A stretch of 64,000 nt of DNA from contig CANOFW010000011.1 in assembly GCA_947565425.1 (NCBI GenBank), forward strand, positions 15,484-79,483, read 5' to 3'. Position 1 is the stretch's first letter. Each line of letters begins with the position of its first letter. A model generated the notes under the pieces. That model did no database searches and was not told the origin of the DNA. It saw only the letters and a list, made by a program, of their open reading frames with translations. Source of the stretch: an uncultured Lachnospiraceae bacterium (GTDB taxonomy: Bacteria > Bacillota > Clostridia > Lachnospirales > Lachnospiraceae). The position numbers and the translations under genes were made by a program. Shown here one piece after another: positions 29,221 to 37,388 of the stretch.

Positions 29221-29255
29221 AAAAGGTGTTCACAATGGGAACGCCTTTTCTCTTT
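29221..29255 (+). terminator. Probable terminator after the NUDIX gene
   Basis: AAAAGGTGTTC/GAACGCCTTTT stem with T-rich tail. Confidence 0.55.
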
Positions 29256-29268
29256 AATGGAGATTGGA

Positions 29269-29622
29269 ATGATCTGGTATAAGGAGTTTTATGCAGGAGA
29301 AAGCATTGGCACAAAAAAAGAAAAAATAAAATGGAAAATTCTTCACAATGCCGGACAACTGGATATTTATGTGATTGCTTTGAGCAGTAATCCCCATAAC
29401 CTTCTGGACATCATATCCTCCATAGAGCTGATGCAGAAGGCGTACCCTCGACAGGATTTGATGGTTGTCGGCATCGACAAAGGGTATGATAACGCCGTTG
29501 ACCTGGCAAGCAGAATTATCATGGATGTATTTCAAAAAACCGGAAATTTGAATGTCAGAGAATACTTCCTGAAACAACAAAAAACACTCAGGAGAAGGCG
29601 CATATGCAAATTGTCATCCTGA
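29269..29622 (+). CDS. Hypothetical protein
   Basis: Co-oriented ORF with GGAG RBS, overlapping the next gene; no recognisable motif. Confidence 0.6.
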   Translation: MIWYKEFYAGESIGTKKEKIKWKILHNAGQLDIYVIALSSNPHNLLDIISSIELMQKAYPRQDLMVVGIDKGYDNAVDLASRIIMDVFQKTGNLNVREYFLKQQKTLRRRRICKLSS

Positions 29623-30620
29623 TTCTGAAAATAATCGGTATTTTGCTCGCTGTCTGCTTATTCCTGCTTGGGGCAGTGATAGTGGTTCCGGTCCGCTATC
29701 GTATCAGTGCAGAGGTGCAACAAAAAAAGGCAGGGGGCAGCGCGGTATTTTATTGGCTTTTCCATATTTTAGATTTTCGTCTTCACTATAGTGAAGATAG
29801 ACTGAACTACAAGCTGCGGCTTTTTGGCATTACAATTGTACCGCGCAAGGAGAAGGAGCCTCCAGCGAAAAAGCACAAAGAGAGAAGACAAAAAAAGCGC
29901 CGCAAGGAGACTGGCAATAGAGCGAAGGCTACCGAATCGTTTACGGAAATACCTGAGAAGACAGAAGAAATGCCGTTTCTTTCTAATTCCAAGGAAGCAG
30001 ATAGACCTTCTCTTGACGTTGTTATTGCGGAGTCTGAAAAAGTTTCGTTAGAGACAGAAACTTTGGCGAAAAGCAGCAGTCAGGAATGGGAAGAAGGACA
30101 AAAGGGAAATAATAGAAGCCAAAATGGGAAGAATAAAAAGAAACGCTCACGTAAGAAAAGGACGAAGAAAGAGCCTTTCTTCCAGCGTATTCGCAGATTT
30201 TGGGACAATGTAAAGCAACGTATTTCCAACCTGATGGCAGAGGGCGAGACGATAAAAGAGAAAGTTCTCAATGCAAAAAAGATGATTACCGATGAGGCGA
30301 ATAAGATTGTTTTTGTAAAGATTTGGAGGGAACTGAAATTTCTCTTACGTCATTTTTCCCCGAGAAAAGCTCGCGGGGAACTTGCTTTTGGCGTGGCAGA
30401 TCCAGCGCAGACCGGACAGGTCCTTGGCGCGCTAAGTGTATTACCTTTTTGGGAGAGATATCGTATCAATATCTGTCCGGACTTTGAAGCGGAAGCATTA
30501 TTTGTAGAAGGAAAGCTGTGGATGAAAGGACATATTCGGCTTTGGCATCTTTTCGTGTCAGTCATCCGCTTGCTTAAAGATAAAAACGTAAGGCGATTAT
30601 TGAGAAAAATCAGAACATAA
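29604..30620 (+). CDS. DUF2953-like membrane protein (typically paired with YtfJ/GerW)
   Basis: N-terminal TM, charged linker, C-terminal FGVADPAQTGQVLG...PDFE motif; directly upstream of a GerW-like gene. Confidence 0.7.
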   Translation: MQIVILILKIIGILLAVCLFLLGAVIVVPVRYRISAEVQQKKAGGSAVFYWLFHILDFRLHYSEDRLNYKLRLFGITIVPRKEKEPPAKKHKERRQKKRRKETGNRAKATESFTEIPEKTEEMPFLSNSKEADRPSLDVVIAESEKVSLETETLAKSSSQEWEEGQKGNNRSQNGKNKKKRSRKKRTKKEPFFQRIRRFWDNVKQRISNLMAEGETIKEKVLNAKKMITDEANKIVFVKIWRELKFLLRHFSPRKARGELAFGVADPAQTGQVLGALSVLPFWERYRINICPDFEAEALFVEGKLWMKGHIRLWHLFVSVIRLLKDKNVRRLLRKIRT

Positions 30621-30629
30621 CAGGAGGTC

Positions 30630-31052
30630 ATGATGATGCAGGACAATAATTTTAACACAACCGTTCAATCCTTGTTTAAAGGGATGGACAGCTTTATCAC
30701 AACAAAAACGGTCATAGGGGATGCCGTTCATATTGGCGATACAATTATTCTCCCTTTGATTGAAGTATCTTTTGGCGTGGGAGCAGGCGCCTTCAACCAT
30801 GATAAGAAAAACAATGCCGGCGGCGGATTAGGCGGCAAGATTACGCCGAGTGCAGTATTGGTTATCCAAAACGGCAATACAAAGCTTGTAAACGTTAAGA
30901 ATCAGGACAGCATTACCAAGATTCTTGATATGGTTCCTGAGCTTGTGGACAAATTTACAAACAAAAGCTCCGCCAAGAAATCATCCGAAGCAGACGAAGC
31001 AGCGAAAAAGGCCGCGGCAGAAGATCTTTCTGAAAAATTGAATATTCCATAA
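30630..31052 (+). CDS. Sporulation protein YtfJ/GerW family
   Basis: KTVIGDAVHIGDTIILPLIEVSFGVGAG, GGGLGGKITPSAVLVI. Confidence 0.85.
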   Translation: MMMQDNNFNTTVQSLFKGMDSFITTKTVIGDAVHIGDTIILPLIEVSFGVGAGAFNHDKKNNAGGGLGGKITPSAVLVIQNGNTKLVNVKNQDSITKILDMVPELVDKFTNKSSAKKSSEADEAAKKAAAEDLSEKLNIP

Positions 31053-31101
31053 GATAACGGATATTTTAAGATATAGTTAGGAACACCGTGTATGAAGAAA
31101 C

Positions 31102-31142
31102 GAAACAGAGCATATATTAGTAATGATATATACTCTGTTTTT
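31102..31142 (+). terminator. Probable terminator after the gerW-like gene
   Basis: GAAACAGAG...CTCTGTTT stem with T tail. Confidence 0.55.
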
Positions 31143-31152
31143 CGGTGATACC

Positions 31153-31290
31153 ATGAAACGATTGATAGGATTCATATTATTTTGGATTGCAGTAGGGATG
31201 GCGATTATGCTATTTCTGCCTAATCAGGTGTTGGGTGTATTGATAATTTTCGTATTGTTGTTGCTGGGATATAACTTATTCTGCTGTTAG
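31153..31290 (+). CDS. 45-aa small membrane protein (below the ORF-track cutoff)
   Basis: My translation: MKRLIGFILFWIAVGMAIMLFLPNQVLGVLIIFVLLLLGYNLFCC*. Two hydrophobic helices; weak RBS (GGTG). Confidence 0.6.
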   Translation: MKRLIGFILFWIAVGMAIMLFLPNQVLGVLIIFVLLLLGYNLFCC

Positions 31291-31304
31291 CAGAGGAGAT
31301 AGAT

Positions 31305-31557
31305 GTAATTATTCAGCACCCCATGCCACAGACATTCCAGCTACGCTGTCATACCCCCTCGGATAACGGCACGCGTCGCTTCGCGTCACCTGCCATATCG
31401 TCGGAAGGCAGGATAGAAATGCTTTGCATTTGCCTTCCTCCTGGGGCTTTTGTCTGTGGCTAAGGGGATTATCGCCTCATGGAAATAGTAATTCAGCCCT
31501 TTTCATATAAATTTGAACGGTCTGACTTTCTATTTCCATGGGGTGCTGAATAGTTAC
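31305..31557. mobile_element. 253-bp MITE-like element with 21-bp terminal inverted repeats
   Basis: GTAATTATTCAGCACCCCATG (31305) versus the reverse complement of the right end, GTAACTATTCAGCACCCCATG: 20/21 identical. Internal inverted repeat CATGGAAATAG/CTATTTCCATG. Confidence 0.7.
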
Positions 31558-31565
31558 TATAAGAT

Positions 31566-31603
31566 AAAAAAGTGGCAGTACATTGAAACACCAATGGACT
31601 GCC
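31566..31603 (-). terminator. Probable rpmB terminator
   Basis: GGCAGTACATTG/CAATGGACTGCC stem; the A6 on the + strand gives a U-tail on the - strand. Confidence 0.55.
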
Positions 31604-31624
31604 CTGAATAAACTCTGTTATGAA

Positions 31625-31816
31625 CTAAGCTCTTTCTACTTTTCCGCTTCTTAAGCAGGAAGTACAAACATACATCTTTTTCGTGTTACTACTTCCAGCG
31701 ACTTTACACCTTACGGACTTAATGTTAGATTTCCACATTTTATTCGTTCTTCTATGTGAATGGCTGACATTTTTTCCGAAATGTGCACCTTTTCCACAAA
31801 TGCTGCATTTTGCCAT
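31625..31816 (-). CDS. rpmB: 50S ribosomal protein L28 (Zn-ribbon, Cys-containing form)
   Basis: MAKCSICGK...VSHSHRRTNKMWKSNI...CTSCLRSGKV; RBS GGAGG. Confidence 0.96.
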   Translation of the reverse strand: MAKCSICGKGAHFGKNVSHSHRRTNKMWKSNIKSVRCKVAGSSNTKKMYVCTSCLRSGKVERA

Positions 31817-32105
31817 AATTGCACCTCCTTGCAACTTACTAAGCCCATATAGTTCAAACCACAGGCTCACAACATGAACATTTTACCAGAAAGACAGTGA
31901 TTTTGCAAGCAAAAAATGATTTTTTTATAAAAAAGAAAATATATGTTTCTTTTTTGCCAAAAACAGGGTATAATATCCAAATAGCAATGAGCAGTGCCGG
32001 ATTGACAGAAACAAATCTGAGTTGTGCTGGCACAAAAGCAGATTTGTTTTTGGCAATCAGGGTAGGGCGGTGCTGAGTGCCAGTGGCACTCGTTTAGCAC
32101 GGACC

Positions 32106-32244
32106 GAAGCAACGCGTAGACGCCCGTGAGCCCAAAAGCGAAAGCTTTTGGGCGCGCACTGCGAATGGTGCAGGATGGCACAGATTGAAGCGACGCGAAT
32201 GCCCTAGCGCCCAAAAGCGAAAAAATTTTGGGCGCGCACTGCGA
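32106..32244 (+). repeat. Two tandem ~58-bp hairpin repeats (80-bp period) in the asp23 leader
   Basis: GCCCAAAAGCGAAA..TTTTGGGCGCGCACTGCGA occurs twice; a 19-nt exact match at 32146-32164 and 32226-32244. Confidence 0.8.
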
Positions 32245-32263
32245 TTAATATGGAGGTTACAGT

Positions 32264-32620
32264 ATGAAAGGACAATTAGAAACACAATATGGAAAAGTGT
32301 TGATTGATACAGATGTTATCGCAATATATGCCGGTTCTGTTGCGGTGGAATGTTTCGGAATCGTAGGAATGGCTGCCGTAAATGTCAAGGATGGCATTGT
32401 AAGGCTCTTAAAACGTGATTACCTGAATCACGGAATTAACGTTAGCCTTAAGGATAATAAAATTCATTTAGACTTCCATGTGATTGTCTCGTATGGCGTA
32501 AGTATTTCCACTGTTTCTGATAACTTAATCAGTACGGTGAAATATCAGGTAGAGGAATTTACCGGTATGAAAATCGAAAAAATCAACATCTTCGTCGAAG
32601 GTGTGAGAGTGATTGATTAA
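32264..32620 (+). CDS. Asp23/Gls24 family protein (YloU-like)
   Basis: AVECFGIVGMA, DFHVIVSYGVSI, INIFVEGVRV; adjacent to a DAK2 gene. Confidence 0.9.
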   Translation: MKGQLETQYGKVLIDTDVIAIYAGSVAVECFGIVGMAAVNVKDGIVRLLKRDYLNHGINVSLKDNKIHLDFHVIVSYGVSISTVSDNLISTVKYQVEEFTGMKIEKINIFVEGVRVID

Positions 32621-32633
32621 GGAGGACGTAAAA

Positions 32634-34337
32634 GTGGCGATTACTACAATAGATGCCCCCATGCTTTCCAAAATGTTTTTGGCGGGCGCAAAGAATCTGG
32701 AAGCGAAAAAAGAATGGATTAATGAACTGAACGTGTTCCCTGTGCCGGACGGCGATACTGGAACAAATATGACCATGACAATTATGTCGGCGGCAACGGA
32801 GGTAAGCAATCTCGGTGTGAATCCTTCCATGGCAGATTTGGCGAAGGCGATTTCTTCCGGCTCTCTCAGGGGTGCAAGGGGAAATTCAGGCGTTATTTTG
32901 TCTCAGTTGTTCCGCGGGTTTACTAGAGAAATTGGCAAGTATCAAGAATTGGACACCATTGTCTTGAGCGATGCTTTCCAAAAAGCTGTTGAGACAGCTT
33001 ACAAAGCAGTTATGAAGCCCAAGGAGGGCACCATCCTTACCGTGGCAAAAGGAGCGGCGGATAAGGCTATGGAAATGATTGGCGAGACGGAAGATTTGAC
33101 AGTATTTCTGGATGCAGTTATCAAGCATGCGGATGATGTTTTGAGTAAGACACCGGAAATGCTTCCAGTATTAAAGCAGGCAGGCGTTGTCGATTCTGGT
33201 GGACAGGGACTTGTGACCGTGCTCAAAGGGGCCTATGATGCTTTGATGGGCAAAGAGATTGATTATTCCATTGAGCCGGCTGGCGCTACAGGAGGCGTAG
33301 TAAAGATCTCCCAGCAGGCAGAAGAGGATATTAAGTTTGGGTATTGTACAGAATTTATCATTGTGCTCAACCAGCCGTTGAAAGAGAATGAAGAAAATGA
33401 GTTCAAAGCTTTCCTGGATTCTATCGGTGATTCTATCGTAGTGGTTGCAGACGACGAAGTTACAAAAGTCCATGTACATACCAATGATCCTGGACTTGCC
33501 ATTCAGCGTGCGCTGACCTTTGGCTCGCTGAGTAGAATCAAAATTGACAATATGCGTGAAGAGCATCAGGAAAAGCTCATCAAGGATGCAGAGAAAGTAG
33601 CAGCAAAACAGAAGGAAGAAGATAAGGCCAGACGTTCGAGGCAGGATGCCATGGTAGAAAAAGCACAACTTCCCAAAAAAGATATGGGATTTGTCTCCGT
33701 ATCTATCGGTGAGGGTATCAATGAAATCTTCAAAGGTCTGGGCGCAGATTATATCATTGCCGGAGGGCAGACTATGAACCCGAGTACAGAAGATGTACTG
33801 AACGCCATTGAGGAAGTAAACGCCGACAATATCTTTATACTTCCAAATAATAAAAATATTATCCTGGCAGCAAACCAGGCGGCGTCTCTAATCGAAGAGA
33901 AGAATGTTTTCGTAATTCCGACAAAGACCGTTCCGCAAGGAATTACAGCATTAATCAATTTTATGCCGGACAGCTCAGCCAAAGAAAATGCACAGCGCAT
34001 GACAGAAGAACTTGCCAATGTCAAGAGCGGACAGGTAACCTATGCGGTGCGCGATACCCTGATTGATGACAAATCTATTAAACAGGGTGATTACATGGGT
34101 ATTGGTGATAGCGGCATTCTTTCTGTGGGCAAAGACATGGAAGCGGTGAGCAAGGACATGGTGGCTGAGATGGCAGATGAGAATTCTGCAATTATCAGTG
34201 TTTATTATGGAGAAGAGGTTGAGGAAGCAGCAGCGCAGAAATTAGGCGCAGAGCTTGAAGAACAATATCCTGACTGCGAAGTGGAAGTCCATTTTGGCGG
34301 CCAGCCGATTTATTACTATGTTATTTCCGTAGAATAG
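32634..34337 (+). CDS. fakA: DAK2-domain fatty acid kinase catalytic subunit (FakA/YloV)
   Basis: NVFPVPDGDTGTNM, GARGNSGVILSQ, VVDSGGQG, YCTEF, GGQTMNPS, GGQPIYYY. Probable GTG start at 32634. Confidence 0.9.
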   Translation: MAITTIDAPMLSKMFLAGAKNLEAKKEWINELNVFPVPDGDTGTNMTMTIMSAATEVSNLGVNPSMADLAKAISSGSLRGARGNSGVILSQLFRGFTREIGKYQELDTIVLSDAFQKAVETAYKAVMKPKEGTILTVAKGAADKAMEMIGETEDLTVFLDAVIKHADDVLSKTPEMLPVLKQAGVVDSGGQGLVTVLKGAYDALMGKEIDYSIEPAGATGGVVKISQQAEEDIKFGYCTEFIIVLNQPLKENEENEFKAFLDSIGDSIVVVADDEVTKVHVHTNDPGLAIQRALTFGSLSRIKIDNMREEHQEKLIKDAEKVAAKQKEEDKARRSRQDAMVEKAQLPKKDMGFVSVSIGEGINEIFKGLGADYIIAGGQTMNPSTEDVLNAIEEVNADNIFILPNNKNIILAANQAASLIEEKNVFVIPTKTVPQGITALINFMPDSSAKENAQRMTEELANVKSGQVTYAVRDTLIDDKSIKQGDYMGIGDSGILSVGKDMEAVSKDMVAEMADENSAIISVYYGEEVEEAAAQKLGAELEEQYPDCEVEVHFGGQPIYYYVISVE

Positions 34338-34389
34338 TAAGAATTATGCGGCGTGTTACCAATATTTATATACGAAAAGGAGCTGTCCC

Positions 34390-36594
34390 ATGGATAAAAC
34401 ATCATCTATTGCAACATTAAAAGGGATTGGCGCAAAAACAGAACAGTTATTTCATAATCTGGGAGTATACACCATCGGTGATATACTCCTTCATTATCCC
34501 AAGGATTATGATAAACTTCCGCCCATTACCCCGCTTACGGAACTTCCGTTGCTTTTGCATCCCCAGAAAGACGATAAACAGGCAAATGTGCAAACGGCAG
34601 ACGATGGCAGAGGGGATAAACCGCAGGCAGAAATTACGGCTGCGGTCGCGGCAAAAATCGACAAAGTTCCTTTTGTGCGGGCGTCAAGGAATATGCAGAT
34701 CACATCCCTTACCATACAAGAACAGAATGTAAAGCTTGATCTGGTGTGGTTTCGTATGCCTTATTTGAAAAGTACTCTGAAAATAGGCAAATGGTTTATA
34801 TTTCTTGGAAAGGTGACAGCGAAAGGTAAGCTGCTGCATATGGAACAGCCGCAGATTTATACGCCTGAAAAATATCAGTCCATGCAAAATTGCCTCTGGC
34901 CGTGTTACCCGTTGACTGCCGGCCTTAAAAAGAATAAGCTTTCTCAGACGATAAAGCAGTCGTTGGAGGAATTAGATTTGTCCGTGGATTATCTGCCGGA
35001 AGAAATCAGGGCGCGTCATGGACTGGCTGAGTACAATTATGCAATAGAAAATATTCATTTCCCTGAAAGTGAAACGGCATTGGAAGAGGCGAGAAAGCGG
35101 TTAATTTTTGATGAATTTTTTAAATTCATCTTATCCGCGGGTATGCAAAAGGAACAGATGGAGGAAGTAAGAAATACCTTTACTTTTCTCCCATTGCATA
35201 ATTTGTCTGAGGAATTGTGTCAATCCTGCGAACAATCAGATTTCGTAGAAGCACAGACAACGTTACTCTGGGCAGATCACGTTATGCAACGCCTTCCCTA
35301 TCAACTGACACAGGCACAAAGACGAACCTTACAGGAAATCCGCGAAGATTTACGCGGAAAGAAAATCATGCAGCGTCTTGTGCAGGGAGATGTAGGCTCT
35401 GGCAAGACAATTATCGCTTTTTTAGCGATGCTCGATGCTGCTCAGGCAGGGTATCAGTCGGCATTGATGGCGCCGACAGAAGTGCTTGCGATGCAGCATT
35501 ACCAGAATTTTGTGGAAATGTGCGAGGTACATAATCTCAATATACCCGTGATTCTCCTGACGGGTTCATTGACCGCAAAGGAGAAACGCCGCGCCTATGA
35601 GCGGATGCAACTCTATCATAATGCCATGGTGATTGGTACACATGCGCTAATACAGGAGCGCGCTCTATATGACAATCTTGCGCTTGTCATCACCGATGAA
35701 CAGCATCGTTTTGGTGTCAAACAGCGGGAAAGTTTATTCTTAAAGGGTGGCCAGCCGCATGTGTTGGTGATGAGCGCAACGCCGATTCCCCGCACGCTTG
35801 CCATCATTCTGTATGGGGATTTGGATATTTCTGTGATTGATGAGGTACCAGCAAAGAGATTACCCATCAAGAGTTGCGTGGTAGGAAAAAACGCGCGCAA
35901 TACGTCTTATGAATTCCTGCGCAAAGAGATTGCCAAGGGACGCCAGGCATATGTGATTTGTCCATTGGTAGAAGAGAGCGAAGGACTAGAAGCGGAAAAT
36001 GTCACAGAATACGCTGAAAAGTTAAGACAACAAATGCCGGCAGGAATTGTCATTGAATGTCTACACGGCAAGATGAAATCCGGCAGGAAAAATCTCATCA
36101 TGGAGCAGTTTGCACGCAATGAGATTCAAATCCTGGTATCAACCACAGTCATCGAGGTGGGTGTCAATGTGCCAAATGCAACTGTGATGATGATTGAGGA
36201 TGCGCAGAGGTTCGGACTAGCCCAGCTTCACCAGTTGCGCGGCAGAGTTGGCAGGGGCAGTGAGCAGTCCTATTGTATTATGGTCAACACTACGGACTCT
36301 GATAAGGCGAGGAAACGTCTGGAAATTTTAAACAAATCGAATGACGGTTTTTTTATCGCGGGAGAAGATTTGAAACTGCGTGGTCCCGGAGACTTTTTTG
36401 GTATCCGCCAGAGCGGATTGCTAGAATTTCGGCTGGGGGATATTTACCAGAATGCCGATTTGCTGAAAAAAGCTTCTGAGGAGGCAAACCTTTTGCTTGC
36501 GGAAGATAGAAAACTGCAAGAGCCGGAGCATGAAAAAGTTCGCGCAGAAATCAGCTATTACCTTGACCGACAGGCAGAAATCGTGAATTTATAA
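34390..36594 (+). CDS. recG: ATP-dependent DNA helicase RecG
   Basis: QGDVGSGKT, APTEVLAMQH, DEQHRFGVKQR, SATPIPRT, QLHQLRGRVGRG. Confidence 0.97.
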   Translation: MDKTSSIATLKGIGAKTEQLFHNLGVYTIGDILLHYPKDYDKLPPITPLTELPLLLHPQKDDKQANVQTADDGRGDKPQAEITAAVAAKIDKVPFVRASRNMQITSLTIQEQNVKLDLVWFRMPYLKSTLKIGKWFIFLGKVTAKGKLLHMEQPQIYTPEKYQSMQNCLWPCYPLTAGLKKNKLSQTIKQSLEELDLSVDYLPEEIRARHGLAEYNYAIENIHFPESETALEEARKRLIFDEFFKFILSAGMQKEQMEEVRNTFTFLPLHNLSEELCQSCEQSDFVEAQTTLLWADHVMQRLPYQLTQAQRRTLQEIREDLRGKKIMQRLVQGDVGSGKTIIAFLAMLDAAQAGYQSALMAPTEVLAMQHYQNFVEMCEVHNLNIPVILLTGSLTAKEKRRAYERMQLYHNAMVIGTHALIQERALYDNLALVITDEQHRFGVKQRESLFLKGGQPHVLVMSATPIPRTLAIILYGDLDISVIDEVPAKRLPIKSCVVGKNARNTSYEFLRKEIAKGRQAYVICPLVEESEGLEAENVTEYAEKLRQQMPAGIVIECLHGKMKSGRKNLIMEQFARNEIQILVSTTVIEVGVNVPNATVMMIEDAQRFGLAQLHQLRGRVGRGSEQSYCIMVNTTDSDKARKRLEILNKSNDGFFIAGEDLKLRGPGDFFGIRQSGLLEFRLGDIYQNADLLKKASEEANLLLAEDRKLQEPEHEKVRAEISYYLDRQAEIVNL

Positions 36595-36595
36595 G

Positions 36596-36809
36596 TCAAA
36601 TACCCCGCAGGGCACTTACCCTCGCGTCATTCGCCAAATATCCGCACATACCCGCAGGGCACTTAGTGCGGCTGCTTGGCTCATTGCTCGCGGGAATAAA
36701 CTGCGTGGATTTGAGCTCTTTGCTACACTGTGTGCAGGAACAAAGTGGGCAAGCCCACAAGGGGTCTCCTTTCTCACGTTAGTGTGACAAGGTATTTCCT
36801 ATAAGAGAA
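36596..36809. repeat. Composite REP/MITE-like palindromic region downstream of recG
   Basis: Unit 1 (36596-36714) has inverted ends TCAAATACCCCGCAG/CTGCGTGGATTTGA and an internal direct repeat CCCGCAGGGCACTTA twice. Unit 2 ends in the 23-mer shared with 12245-12267. Confidence 0.6.
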
Positions 36810-36848
36810 AGAAAAGGGAGACGCGCATACGGCATCTCCCTTTTCTTT
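36808..36848. terminator. Bidirectional terminator between recG and the SASP gene
   Basis: AAAGAAAAGGGAGA/TCTCCCTTTTCTTT. Confidence 0.75.
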
Positions 36849-36907
36849 CACCCCTTTTGAAAATCTTTTTCGCTTTTCTATGGGAGGCGTTCTTAAAGCT
36901 GTGTTTT

Positions 36908-37111
36908 TTACTTACCAGCCATCTGTCTTTCCTGGGCCTCGATCATTTTCTTCACCATATAGCCGCCGACAGAACCATTCTGCCTGGAGGTTAAGTCTCC
37001 GTTATAACCGTTTTTCAAAGGAACTCCAATTTCGTTTGCAACTTCAAACTTGAACTTATCCAATGCACCTTTTGCTTCTGCAACTACTGCCTTGTTAGAT
37101 GAATTTGACAT
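36908..37111 (-). CDS. Alpha/beta-type small acid-soluble spore protein
   Basis: ALDKFKFEVANEIGV...GDLTSRQNGSVGGYMVKKMI. Confidence 0.95.
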   Translation of the reverse strand: MSNSSNKAVVAEAKGALDKFKFEVANEIGVPLKNGYNGDLTSRQNGSVGGYMVKKMIEAQERQMAGK

Positions 37112-37388
37112 ATCGTTTCCCTCCTGTTGTCTTTCGTATCACGCAAGTCTTGTCCGCAACCATCTTGCGGCGCGTGAGTAATTTGTAACCGAAGAACTGT
37201 GTTGTTCATTAGCCGGTTACAGTGATATTATATGCAGCACAGAAAAGAATAGACATGCAGTTCTTTCCGTTTTTTACAGAATTTAGGAATTTTTCGCTTA
37301 GGCTGTTGTTTGAATTTCCCCATTTTGTATATGCATAGTACCAAAAGGTTTCCATCACTCTGTGATTGATGAACGTGTCAAATGGTTG

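Noticed and set aside
31625-31816. Zn-ribbon form of L28 as a sign of zinc-regulated paralog swapping
   Set aside because: The Cys-containing form is normal in Clostridia; no Zur box or paralog is visible here.
37112-37260. Hairpin-containing leader and possible sigma-G promoter of the SASP gene
   Set aside because: The GCATG...CATATAA spacing (19 nt) fits the consensus poorly, and the hairpin is short, so I could not support a specific call.
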